Positions 1 through 9,014 of a DNA stretch of 64,000 bases are shown one piece after another. The notes beneath the pieces are model-generated. The model ran no database searches, was not told the DNA's origin, and saw only the letters and a program-made list of their open reading frames with translations. This stretch comes from an uncultured Acidobacteriota bacterium (GTDB lineage: Bacteria > Acidobacteriota > UBA6911), in assembly GCA_963843575.1 (NCBI GenBank), contig CAWJKZ010000014.1:512001-576000 (forward strand). Direction: 5' to 3'. A program made the position numbers and the translations under genes. Every line of letters starts with the position of its first letter. Within the stretch, counting starts at the first letter, position 1.

Positions 1-98
1 GAATCGTAGAGGCCCCGTTGAGCACGGTCAAGTCACGGCTATACGCCGGGCTCGAGATGCTCAAGACAAGGCTGGGCGGCATCCCGCTGCACAGCTGA
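1..98 (+). CDS. ECF RNA polymerase sigma factor, C-terminal fragment (truncated by window edge)
   Basis: Frame from nt 3 reads IVEAPLSTVKSRLYAGLEMLKTRLGGIPLHS*. TVKSRL is typical of sigma region 4.2. The TGA overlaps the ATG of the downstream anti-sigma gene. Confidence 0.8.
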   Translation, partial: IVEAPLSTVKSRLYAGLEMLKTRLGGIPLHS

Positions 99-904
99 TG
101 GAGGTGGAGAACATGACGTCCGGTTGCGGCAGATTCCGGGAACAGATCCCCATGGCGATGCTCGGTGACATCGGGCCCGAGGCGCAAGCCGACCTCGACC
201 GTCACATCGCCGAATGCGCCCCCTGCCGGGACGAACAGGAGCTCTATCGGAATACCCTCGGGCACGTGCGGGCGGCCTGCGACGTTCCGACGCCGCGGCA
301 CTTTTTCGTCTACGACGAGCCGAGCGCCAGGACCCCCTGGTGGCTTTTCCGCCAGATGCCGCGCGCCTGGCAGACGTCGATGGCCGCGGCGGCCATCGTC
401 CTGGCTATCCTCTCCACGGCGGCGCTGACCCGACTCAGGGTCCGAGTGTCGGACGGGGCCCTGACGGTGGCCTTCGGGGCGCTGCCTAGCCCTGTCCCCG
501 CCCCTCCCCCCGTCGACACCGCCGCCCTCGAAGCGCGCCTGTTGAAGGCCGTGGAGCAACGGGGCCGCCTCGAATCCGCGAAACTCCTGAGCACGCTGCG
601 CGACGAGATCTCCAATTCGGGACGGAAAATTACCGGTCAGCAGCGAGCGCTCCTCCAGACGGCGCTCGCGCGGGTGGAGAACCGCGTGGACCAGAACGTG
701 ACCGGCGCGATGGCCGCAGTGCAGGCACGCAGCGACAAGTCAATCGCGGACCTTTACGAGGCCGTCTCGCTTCAGCAGCAGCGGGACCGCAGCGCGATCG
801 AGAACCGGATCGACAGGCTCGCCGTCAACGGCGAAGCAAAGAGCAACCAGACCGACGCCATTCTGCAGACGCTGCTCGAAGTGGCGGAGTTGAGGATGAA
901 ATAA
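98..904 (+). CDS. Zinc-finger (zf-HC2/ZAS) membrane-anchored anti-sigma factor
   Basis: HIAECAPC (HxxxCxxC) near the N-terminus, one TM segment (AAAAIVLAILSTAAL), helical C-terminal region; translationally coupled to the sigma gene. Confidence 0.8.
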   Translation: MEVENMTSGCGRFREQIPMAMLGDIGPEAQADLDRHIAECAPCRDEQELYRNTLGHVRAACDVPTPRHFFVYDEPSARTPWWLFRQMPRAWQTSMAAAAIVLAILSTAALTRLRVRVSDGALTVAFGALPSPVPAPPPVDTAALEARLLKAVEQRGRLESAKLLSTLRDEISNSGRKITGQQRALLQTALARVENRVDQNVTGAMAAVQARSDKSIADLYEAVSLQQQRDRSAIENRIDRLAVNGEAKSNQTDAILQTLLEVAELRMK

Positions 905-925
905 TCCCCTAACCGGAGAACAACA

Positions 926-1819
926 ATGAAGAGGCACCTGATAGCCCTAGTCTTGATAGTAGCTGCAGGAACACTGTCTTCGGGCTCGACCCAGACCGCC
1001 CGGACGGATCTGTTCGACGCGAAGAAATCGCAGCAGGAACTCGAGGTCATGCGCGGAATCCTGGGCACTACCCTGAGCTTCGTGACCCGTGAAATGCAGG
1101 GCCGGAGCACCGGCACCGCAGCGCGGGAAGAGGGACTGGTCCGGAGCTTCGGATGGGGCAGCAACGTCAACGCCTTTTACCTGTATGGCCAGGGAGCCAC
1201 GTTTATCGTCCCCATGTCCCGATTCTCTTACGGCCGGCTTGCCGGATTCGACCTCGGCGGGAGCGTAGACGCCATGGAGGAAGTGCAACACGAACTCGAA
1301 GCCGCCAGCGCCAGCATGGAGGCGCAGGCCGCAGCCCTTGCCGCGGAGGCAAGCAGCGGGTACGCGCAGACGCCGCCCCCGGCGCCGCCCGCTCCACCCG
1401 CTCCGGCGGCCGCACCCGCCCCGCCGGCACCCCCTGCCCCCGCCGTGGCAGCCAAGCCGTCCCGGACCCCCCGGGCGGCTCGCAATTCCGAGGACTACCG
1501 CAAGCAGCTGGCGGAAGCCCAGGAGCGGGTGAAAGAGCGCCGGCAGCAGAGCGAGCAGAGGCGGCAGAAGATGCTGGAGACCGTCGACCAGGTCAAGGGC
1601 TACCTCGTGGAAGCCGTTGCGAACCACGGGGATTCGCTGACCCACGTCAAGCCGAACGAATACATCAATATCGTGATCACCACGGACGGGGGCGATTTTT
1701 TTGGGGGCGACGGAAGGCGCGAGGTCATCTCCGTGCAGAAGTCCACGATCACGGACTACAAGGCCGGCCGCCTCTCACTGGACGCCTTCAAGCAGAAGGT
1801 GCTGCAGTATTCCAACTGA
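926..1819 (+). CDS. Secreted hypothetical protein with Pro/Ala-rich linker and coiled coil
   Basis: Signal peptide MKRHLIALVLIVAAG, GGAG RBS, PPPAPPAPPAP repeats; third gene of the ECF cassette. Confidence 0.75.
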   Translation: MKRHLIALVLIVAAGTLSSGSTQTARTDLFDAKKSQQELEVMRGILGTTLSFVTREMQGRSTGTAAREEGLVRSFGWGSNVNAFYLYGQGATFIVPMSRFSYGRLAGFDLGGSVDAMEEVQHELEAASASMEAQAAALAAEASSGYAQTPPPAPPAPPAPAAAPAPPAPPAPAVAAKPSRTPRAARNSEDYRKQLAEAQERVKERRQQSEQRRQKMLETVDQVKGYLVEAVANHGDSLTHVKPNEYINIVITTDGGDFFGGDGRREVISVQKSTITDYKAGRLSLDAFKQKVLQYSN

Positions 1820-1826
1820 CCGGAAA

Positions 1827-1856
1827 GGGCGGGCCCCGCTGGGCGGGGGCCCGCCC
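1827..1856. terminator. GC-rich hairpin between convergent genes
   Basis: gggcgggcccc (1827-1837) pairs with ggggcccgccc (1846-1856); a short T run follows on the minus strand. Confidence 0.6.
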
Positions 1857-1892
1857 GCCTCTTCGGCCCCGTCGCCATCGCACTTGAATCGA

Positions 1893-2891
1893 CTACATTT
1901 TGAACCGGCGAAGTGCGACGCCGCACTCGCGCAAAAGCGCGAGTGCGCGGTCGTTGAGCGGGTACTCCTGGTTGTAGACCACCTCGGCGATGCCGCTGTT
2001 GATGATCATCTTGGTGCAGAGCAGGCATGGGGCGAAGGTCGTGTACAGGGTGGCCCCCTTCAGACTCGTTCCGTGATATGCGGCCTGCGTGATCGCATTC
2101 TCCTCGCCGTGCGAGCAGAGACACTCCTCCAGAGCAGTGCCGCTCTGCGCTAGGCTGTTGCAGCGCGGGCAACCCCCTTCGTTACAGTTCCGGGCGCCGC
2201 GCGGGGTCCCGTTGTAGCCTGTCGACACCACCCTCTTGTCCTTGACGATGATGGCCGCGACCTTCCGCTTGATGCAGTTGCTGCGGGAGGAAACCACGCG
2301 CGCGATACTCATAAAGTACTCGTCCCAGTCGGGGCGCTGAAACCCCGCCATGAACCGCGGGATCAGCATCTCGAGTTTCTGGTGTAGATTCTCGACCGAG
2401 CCGTTGTTGTTCACCACCACGTCTGCCAGGCGATGCGTCGCAACGAGTTGCTGACTGGCGGGGTCGTCACTGTTCAGCTCACGCTCCTCCTCGGCCATGA
2501 ATTGCTGCAACGTCTGGGCGGCACCTTCCCTCGCCCGGGCCCGACTGCGCTCAAACCGCACATGCTCGTCCGCCTCCACGCCGAGCAATATGAAGTCCTT
2601 CCGACGTTTCAAAACCTGAACCTCCGCGGGGTTTCGTATCGAATCGACGACGTAGTTGCGCTCGTGACCGAGTCGAAGCAGCACCCGTTCCGCCAGAACT
2701 CCGGGACCGAATTTCGCCCGCAGCTCGTTCCCGACACAGATCAGTATCTCCCGGGTGATCTCCTGCCCTCTCGACCGGATCTCTTCCCGGATCTCGTCCG
2801 ACAGCGAGTGGTATTCGAACCCCCTGCTTTTGAGATACTCCGACACCTCGGTCTTACCCGACGCGTTCCGGCCCGTCAACCCGATGATCAT
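1893..2891 (-). CDS. P-loop nucleotide-kinase-like domain fused to a deoxycytidylate (dCMP) deaminase
   Basis: Walker A GLTGRNASGKT and DSIRNPAE in the N-terminal domain; C-terminal RPDWDEYFM, STGYNGTP, HGEENA, PCLLC. Confidence 0.9.
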   Translation of the reverse strand: MIIGLTGRNASGKTEVSEYLKSRGFEYHSLSDEIREEIRSRGQEITREILICVGNELRAKFGPGVLAERVLLRLGHERNYVVDSIRNPAEVQVLKRRKDFILLGVEADEHVRFERSRARAREGAAQTLQQFMAEEERELNSDDPASQQLVATHRLADVVVNNNGSVENLHQKLEMLIPRFMAGFQRPDWDEYFMSIARVVSSRSNCIKRKVAAIIVKDKRVVSTGYNGTPRGARNCNEGGCPRCNSLAQSGTALEECLCSHGEENAITQAAYHGTSLKGATLYTTFAPCLLCTKMIINSGIAEVVYNQEYPLNDRALALLRECGVALRRFKM

Positions 2892-2899
2892 GGCGTGCG

Positions 2900-2928
2900 A
2901 TGTTAAAGACTCGGAGTGGCCGTGTCAA
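2900..2928 (-). promoter_or_regulatory. sigma70-type promoter of the kinase-deaminase gene (near-leaderless)
   Basis: Minus strand reads TTGACA-17 nt-TAACAT, then 8 nt to the ATG; no Shine-Dalgarno. Confidence 0.65.
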
Positions 2929-2940
2929 ATGAGGAGTTGG

Positions 2941-2964
2941 GGGGGCCGCCACGCGGCGGCTCCC
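2941..2964 (-). terminator. Hairpin downstream of the metalloprotease gene
   Basis: gggggccgcc-acgc-ggcggctccc; no clear U-tract. Confidence 0.4.
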
Positions 2965-2993
2965 CTGGTGGCTATGCGAGAAATATCCTTGCG

Positions 2994-3830
2994 CTACTCT
3001 ACCGGACCGCTTCGTCCCGCCTCGGGCAGCCCACGCGTCGACTGCTCCGGCCCCTCCGCGCGGGGCGCGAGGTTGACCGTTTCGAATCCGCTTATCTGTG
3101 CATTGGCGAGTATGTCGAGCGCCGACGGGAGCCTGCGCTCGTCGCCGCACACGCCGGACATGAGCGTGCCGTAGGCGACCTTTTCGGGATCGATGTGGGT
3201 GGTGATCCCGGCATTGTTTGACGCCAGCGGTACCGCCGATCCGGCAAACGGGAGTCGGGCGTCGATCACCACGGCGCCGCCGGTGGCCTCGCGGATGAAA
3301 GCAGCATTTGCACTTCCCAACCCAAGGGCGTGCCCGATCTCATGCAGGGCCACCGAGAGCAGATCGCAATGCCCCGCCGCATCTCCGGTCGGAGTGGCGA
3401 AGACCCGCGCCACGTTGACCAGCCCGGCGCCCATGTCCTGGAACTCCTCCCTGTAGCGCAGGTATTCCTCGTCCTGCATAGGGCTCGGATCCAAATAGAA
3501 CGACACCGCCCCGCTGTTGTCAAACAGGATCATGCCCGCGACCTCGCGGTCAGGCGTGGCTCGCTGCTCCACGGTCATGTGCACCCCGGCGGAACCCACC
3601 GGCGCCCAGCCGTAGTACAGCCTGAGAGTGAAGTCGTCGGGATAAGCCAGAGCCCAGCGCGCGGCGGCGGCGTTGAAGGTGTCGGCGAGGTTTCCGGCCC
3701 CGACGGTGTTGCCCGGGGCCTCACCGCCCACAAACTCGGTGACTATCTCGATGGCCGGAAGTTCGGGGGTCAGGACGGAAACAGCCAGCAGGACCAGCAG
3801 GACAGCTTTTGCTCTCATTACCTTCCTCAC
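2994..3830 (-). CDS. Secreted zinc metalloprotease-like protein (HExxH, matrixin-like)
   Basis: Signal peptide; DLLSVALHEIGHALGLG; Met-turn-like TLMS. Confidence 0.7.
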   Translation of the reverse strand: MRKVMRAKAVLLVLLAVSVLTPELPAIEIVTEFVGGEAPGNTVGAGNLADTFNAAAARWALAYPDDFTLRLYYGWAPVGSAGVHMTVEQRATPDREVAGMILFDNSGAVSFYLDPSPMQDEEYLRYREEFQDMGAGLVNVARVFATPTGDAAGHCDLLSVALHEIGHALGLGSANAAFIREATGGAVVIDARLPFAGSAVPLASNNAGITTHIDPEKVAYGTLMSGVCGDERRLPSALDILANAQISGFETVNLAPRAEGPEQSTRGLPEAGRSGPVE

Positions 3831-4262
3831 GAATCAGATTCGTTTGGCTATTCGAGGAAGGACATCCAGGGCAGTGCAATCGGCTGACCAGTGGCAGTCG
3901 GCACCGGATCATTGGAGAGTAGTATTTGGCTATTGCACTGATAATGCAGTGGTTTGCTTCTTCCCTTCTGTTGTGCCCCAACACCGGGTAGCCGCGAGCG
4001 CCGGACGTGTATGTAAAGTTTGCCGATATCGGTTGTGACGCCGAAGGCCGCCTCCTCCGACGCAAACCGCACCACCGGTTCACCTTAGGTCGTGCTTCGC
4101 AGATTGTAAGGTTTAACGACACCCTCCGGGCGGCCGCGTGCGGGATCCCGGCCGACGGATGGGATCGGGACGAAGCGGGGCTTGGGCAGCGGGTCCTCGG
4201 GCGACTTGATCTCCTGGACAAATTGGCATATTTTCGGGGTTCCATTTTGCCGAGGTTTAGCC

Positions 4263-4853
4263 ATGATCGACCGGGATGCGGGCTGGGCGCTTTTGCTGGA
4301 GTACACGAAGTCGGAGAGCCTGCGCCACCACGCGCTGGCAGTTGAAACCCTGATGCGGGCCTACGCCCTCAAGTTCGGGGAGGACAGCGAGATCTGGTCG
4401 ATTGTCGGGCTGCTGCACGATTTCGACTACGAGATGTACCCGCATTTTCCGGATCACCCGTCGAAAGGGGCCGAGCTCCTGCGGAGTCACGGTTACCCGG
4501 AAGAGATTGTCTATGCCATCTCGTCGCACGTCGAGGCGATGAATCTGGCACGGCACAACCTGCTGTGCCGTGCGCTATTCGCCTGCGACGAACTCGCCGG
4601 ATTCCTGGTCGCGGCAGCGCTGGTGCGGCCAGGGAAATCCATTCTCGGGATGGAAGCGAAATCGGTCCGAAAGAAGTTGAAGGACAAAGCCTTTGCGCGG
4701 TCCGTCAGTCGCGACGACATCTTCCGAGGCGCAGCCGAGCTTGGGATCGAGCTCGACGAGCACATCGCGTTCTGCATCAAAGCGCTCGAGGGGAACGCGA
4801 AGGCGCTGGGGCTGGACGGCTCGGGTCCGGTCCGGCAAGGGCAGTCATCGTAA
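4263..4853 (+). CDS. HD-domain (HDIG-like) metal-dependent phosphohydrolase
   Basis: SLRHHALAVE, GLLHDFDYE, ALFACDELAG, KLKDKAFAR; likely start ATG 4263. Confidence 0.85.
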   Translation: MIDRDAGWALLLEYTKSESLRHHALAVETLMRAYALKFGEDSEIWSIVGLLHDFDYEMYPHFPDHPSKGAELLRSHGYPEEIVYAISSHVEAMNLARHNLLCRALFACDELAGFLVAAALVRPGKSILGMEAKSVRKKLKDKAFARSVSRDDIFRGAAELGIELDEHIAFCIKALEGNAKALGLDGSGPVRQGQSS

Positions 4854-4863
4854 GCCGGGCCGC

Positions 4864-6036
4864 TCAGCGATAGAGGAGGTAGGGTTGCCTGCGGCGCTCG
4901 AATGCCTCCACATCGTCCCGCCAGCTCTGCCGGACCTCCACGGGACCGGCGCCCGCATCCATCAGGGACGGGAGGCGAGTGCCACCGCACAGGATATCGA
5001 TTGGCCTCTTGTGGTACTCGTACTCGTAGGGCGGCTTGCGCCATTCGAAGGCTGCCGGGTAGAGCGCTTTTGCGGCGGAGATCACCATGACACCGGCCAG
5101 GAGCGGTTCAAAGGCGTCGCGGTCTAACACGTGCAGCTGAACCCCTCCGCACATCTCTCCGGCCCATTTCTGGAAGGTGGGCTGAAAGTATGCCGGCCGG
5201 AAATGCACGCCTGGGAGTTCCAGTCGGTTTAAGCGCTCCGCGAGCATGCGCGCGTTTATATAGGGGGCGCCTATGTATTCGAAGGGCCGGGTTGTGCCTC
5301 GCCCTTCCGACAGCAGAGTGCCTTCCACCAAGACCGTACCCGGGTAAGTGATCGCCGAATCCAGCGTCGGAATATTGGGAGACGGCTGAACCCAGGGCAA
5401 ACCGGTCTGGTCGAACCAGAGATCCCGCTTCCAACCCTCCATCGGTACGACGGTCAGGTCGCACCGTATGCCGAACTCGGCGTTGAACAGAAGGGCGAGC
5501 TCGCCCACCGTCATTCCGTGCCGCATCGGGATGGGGTACATTCCCACAAAGGAGCTGAAGGCGCGGTCAAGGAGGCTTCCTTCGACGCAGCGACCGTTGA
5601 TTGGGTTCGGCCTGTCCGCGACGATCATCCGCCGGCCCGCACGCGCGCACGCTTCCATGCAACCCGCCATGGTGTAGATAAAGGTATACACGCGCGTTCC
5701 CACATCCTGCAGGTCGCAGAGGAGCACGTCGATATCCTCCAGCATCCCCGGTGTGGGCTGGCGCGTGTCGCTGTACAAGCTGTGGACGGGGAGCCCGGTG
5801 TCGGGGTCGCGGTAGAACTCCGACTCGATCATGTTGTCCTGTTTCTCGCCGCGGGCTCCATGTTGAGGGCCAAAGAGCGAAACGCACCGGAAGGAACCCT
5901 CGCCCGACAACACATCGGCGGTGTGACGCAGATCGGGCAACACGGACGCTGGATGCACGACGCACCCGACGCGGGCGCCTTCGAGCAGGGACCGTCGCTC
6001 GTGCATCAACACCTCTAACCCAAGCCGTACCGTCAT
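4864..6036 (-). CDS. namZ: DUF1343 exo-beta-N-acetylmuramidase (NamZ family)
   Basis: LFGPQHG, PVHSLY, DLQDVGTRVYTFIYTM, DRPNP, RHGMTVGELA, SEGRGTTRPFE. Confidence 0.85.
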   Translation of the reverse strand: MTVRLGLEVLMHERRSLLEGARVGCVVHPASVLPDLRHTADVLSGEGSFRCVSLFGPQHGARGEKQDNMIESEFYRDPDTGLPVHSLYSDTRQPTPGMLEDIDVLLCDLQDVGTRVYTFIYTMAGCMEACARAGRRMIVADRPNPINGRCVEGSLLDRAFSSFVGMYPIPMRHGMTVGELALLFNAEFGIRCDLTVVPMEGWKRDLWFDQTGLPWVQPSPNIPTLDSAITYPGTVLVEGTLLSEGRGTTRPFEYIGAPYINARMLAERLNRLELPGVHFRPAYFQPTFQKWAGEMCGGVQLHVLDRDAFEPLLAGVMVISAAKALYPAAFEWRKPPYEYEYHKRPIDILCGGTRLPSLMDAGAGPVEVRQSWRDDVEAFERRRQPYLLYR

Positions 6037-6283
6037 GATGCCCTCCGCGGCGACGCCGGCGCCATCCGTCACCAGCCGAACATGTTAAAAACACTTGACT
6101 TGCGGCAGTCGCCTATGTCATTTATTTACACTTGTTTCACAAATCTGGGCAGCGAGTCAACCGCAGTGTTCCGGATGAACCCACCTTCCCGCACGATGTG
6201 GCTCCCATATCGGGTACGTAGGAGTATGGGAGCAAAAGGAGTAGCCCGAACGTCCGCGATGTACAAGCCCGCAAGGATGATCG

Positions 6284-6823
6284 ATGGAGCACACGTTAGT
6301 CCTCAATGCCACGTATGAACCGATCAACATAATCTCCTGGAAGCGCGCCGTCACGCTATTGTGCCAGGGCAAAGTCGAGGTTCTGGCCGAGTACGATCAC
6401 GAGGTGCGCAGCATAAGCTTCAGCATCCGGATGCCGAGCGTGTTGCGCCTTCTCAAGTACGTGAAAATCCGGAGGCGTTTTCAGCACGTCAAGTTTTGCC
6501 GCGCGAATATCTACGCGCGAGATCATCATACGTGCCAGTACTGCGGCAGCAGATGCGCCACCGAGGACCTCACCTTCGACCACGTCACCCCGATTTCAAA
6601 GGGGGGCGGCAAGACCTGGGACAACATCGTCACGTGCTGCTTCGACTGCAACCACCGCAAGGGCGGCCGGACCCCCGAGGAAGCCGGCATGCGGCTAATC
6701 AGGGTGCCCAAGGAACCCGAGTGGGTCCCGAGCATGCTGCACCTGACCATCGGGTTCAGAAGCGCCCCGGAATCCTGGCGCGACTACTTCTACTGGAACG
6801 TGGAGCTCGAAGGGGATTCCTGA
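6284..6823 (+). CDS. HNH endonuclease (McrA/HNH_5-like)
   Basis: TLVLNATYEPI, RD..TCQYCG, TFDHVTP..KGG..W.N....C..CN.RKG. Confidence 0.9.
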   Translation: MEHTLVLNATYEPINIISWKRAVTLLCQGKVEVLAEYDHEVRSISFSIRMPSVLRLLKYVKIRRRFQHVKFCRANIYARDHHTCQYCGSRCATEDLTFDHVTPISKGGGKTWDNIVTCCFDCNHRKGGRTPEEAGMRLIRVPKEPEWVPSMLHLTIGFRSAPESWRDYFYWNVELEGDS

Positions 6824-6831
6824 CGCGGCGG

Positions 6832-7668
6832 TCATAGGGTGATTGCACCTGCGCGGTCGGAGACGGGCAGGAAGCGCACGGGGAGCGTCCCGGGGATCAG
6901 TCCCCGCGCGTGCGCGAGCCGGTAGAAGCGGTCCAATCCTTCGAGGTGTTCGCGGTCGAGGCGGTAGTCGATGTTTTCGCGCAGGTATTCCAGCAAGAAT
7001 GCCTTGGGAAGCCCCAGCTTCCCGGCGTAGACGTCGGCAACCTCATCCCGTCGCTCCAGCCCCCAATCTCTGGCTTCCTGAAAGACCGAAGCCAGATCCT
7101 TGGGCAAGCTGGGGTCTCCGACACAGGCCCAGATCGCAAATACGAAGGGTTTGCCCTGCCACGCTATCCAAGCCCCCGCCAAGTCGACAATCTCGCAGCG
7201 ATCAGGAGAGAGCTTCAGGGCTGCGTCCCCGATCAGGAGGGCGGCGTCGTGGTGGCGCAGCATCGCTTCCGGGTCGGGAGCATGGGGAACAAACACGGGA
7301 TTCAGACCAAGACGTTCTCCCAGCAGGAGTTTCAACAGAACGACCGAGGTCCTCGAGCTGTTGTCGAGCGCGACGGACCGTATCGGCCGGTCGCGGTGGC
7401 GGATCATGACCACCGATCGCACCCTGCTCGAAGCGGCCACGGCGACGCCCGGGACCACCCTGAGATTCGGGATGCGCTGGTACTCGATCGACGGCAGGAT
7501 CCCCGCGTGGACCTCACCCCGGGCAAGCTGGTCCGCGCAGTGCGCCGGGGTTGCGGGGACAACCTCGAACTCCCGCCGGCGCGGGCCGTGCAAAAAAAAC
7601 CAGCCGAGGGGGGCGGAATTCAGATAGTCCACAAGCGCGACGCGGATTCTCACCAGTCGATTCCTCAT
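6832..7668 (-). CDS. mqnA: Chorismate dehydratase (futalosine menaquinone pathway)
   Basis: YLNSAPL, SSRTSVVL, ALLIGDAAL, DLAGAW...PFVFAIW; start ATG 7668 or GTG 7653. Confidence 0.85.
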   Translation of the reverse strand: MRNRLVRIRVALVDYLNSAPLGWFFLHGPRRREFEVVPATPAHCADQLARGEVHAGILPSIEYQRIPNLRVVPGVAVAASSRVRSVVMIRHRDRPIRSVALDNSSRTSVVLLKLLLGERLGLNPVFVPHAPDPEAMLRHHDAALLIGDAALKLSPDRCEIVDLAGAWIAWQGKPFVFAIWACVGDPSLPKDLASVFQEARDWGLERRDEVADVYAGKLGLPKAFLLEYLRENIDYRLDREHLEGLDRFYRLAHARGLIPGTLPVRFLPVSDRAGAITL

Positions 7669-7828
7669 CCAAATGGCTGAAATATCGAGGGCCAAAGCGA
7701 AACAAATAGCCCGAGGGATTATAGAGAGCCGGTTGCCGAATTGGAACGGTCTTTCCTTGCAGCTGCAACGACGCGGCGCTGTTTGCATCAGGACGATTTC
7801 GGAGACGAACCCGGGCAGGCGGGACGGC

Positions 7829-8968
7829 ATGGCCGACTGCGATGATGTTCTGCTGAAGCACGCCATTGAACTGACGCTCGTGCCGGGCCTGGGGAGCCTC
7901 ACCCAGGGGCGGTTGTCCCGGGCGTGCGGCGCGATCTCCGACGTCTTTTCCTGGACCGGCCGCGTCATGGAATCTCACGGGATCACTCCGGAGGCCTGCC
8001 ACGCGGTGTCGTCACGGCGCTACCGGGGCATGGCCGAGGAGATTTTCGACTGGGCCCGCCACGAGGGTTGCTCGCTTCTCCTGCTTGGCACGCCTGGGTA
8101 TCCGGCCCTCCTGGCGGAGATAGCGGACCCTCCGCTCATACTTTATGCCCGCGGCGAGCTGGAGACCGTCCACATGCCCTGCGTGGCGGTGGTCGGCACC
8201 CGAAAGCCGACCTGCTACGGTCTGCAGATGGCCGAGGGGATTGCGGGGGACTTGGCAGCACACGGTATCATCATCGTGAGTGGACTTGCCCGCGGGATTG
8301 ACGGAGCCGCCCACAGGGGTTGTCTCCAGGCACGCGGGAAGACCGTCGCCGTGCTCGGGTGCGGCATCGATGTCGTCTATCCGCGAGAACACGGGCGGCT
8401 CGCCGCTCAGGTAGCCGAACAGGGCGTGCTCCTGTCGGAGTTTCCCCCTGGCACCTCGCCGGCGCCCCAGAATTTCCCGGTGCGCAACCGCATCATCAGC
8501 GGCGTGTCGATAGGCACCGTGATCGTCGAAGCCAGCGAGTACAGCGGGTCGCTGATCACGGCGCGGCTGGCCATGGAACAGAATCGGGACGTATTCGCGG
8601 TGCCCGGCAACATCACCTCGCCGCAGAGTTTCGGACCCAATTTTCTGATCAAGCAGGGGGCGAAGCTGGTTCAGTCGTGGCGGGACGTCGTCGAGGAGCT
8701 TCCGGCGGAGCTTCGGGCGGCGATCCTCGCGAAAGAGCAGTCCGGTCAAGACAGGCGGACGGAGGAGTTGGACCTTTTGACCGATGAGGAAACGCGAGTC
8801 CTGGACCTGCTCGAACCGGATCGTGCGATCGAGTTTGATAAACTCTTCCGCAAAAGCGGGGTCGCCATCCCGCGGTTGAGCGACCTTTTGCTCAACCTGG
8901 AGATGCGCGGCAAGGTGAGGCAGATGCCCGGCAGCCTTTATCTTAAAGTGGCTAAACCGCTTAAATGA
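7829..8968 (+). CDS. dprA: DNA-processing protein DprA
   Basis: VAVVGTR, VSGLARGIDGAAH, FPVRNRIISG, SGSLITA; directly upstream of topA. Confidence 0.95.
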   Translation: MADCDDVLLKHAIELTLVPGLGSLTQGRLSRACGAISDVFSWTGRVMESHGITPEACHAVSSRRYRGMAEEIFDWARHEGCSLLLLGTPGYPALLAEIADPPLILYARGELETVHMPCVAVVGTRKPTCYGLQMAEGIAGDLAAHGIIIVSGLARGIDGAAHRGCLQARGKTVAVLGCGIDVVYPREHGRLAAQVAEQGVLLSEFPPGTSPAPQNFPVRNRIISGVSIGTVIVEASEYSGSLITARLAMEQNRDVFAVPGNITSPQSFGPNFLIKQGAKLVQSWRDVVEELPAELRAAILAKEQSGQDRRTEELDLLTDEETRVLDLLEPDRAIEFDKLFRKSGVAIPRLSDLLLNLEMRGKVRQMPGSLYLKVAKPLK

Positions 8969-9014
8969 TTTGTCTTGGTTTTGTCAGAAAGCTTGGTATA
9001 GTGTGCGCCCTTCT

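Noticed and set aside
1371-1445. Tandem GC-rich repeats
   Set aside because: They encode the Pro/Ala linker of the 926-1819 protein; not a CRISPR or mobile repeat.
3856-4090. Fragments resembling c-di-GMP riboswitches (gtgcaatcggc, gacgcaaacc)
   Set aside because: Only short isolated matches; the required stems and tetraloop/receptor are not present.
6198-6252. HDV-like ribozyme topology on the minus strand
   Set aside because: P2/P3/L3-like parts are present, but the GG of P1.1, P4 and the catalytic-C junction are absent.
7741-7761. Possible sigma54 promoter before dprA (TTGGAACG...TTGC)
   Set aside because: The GG-to-GC spacing is 4 nt too long for a -24/-12 promoter.
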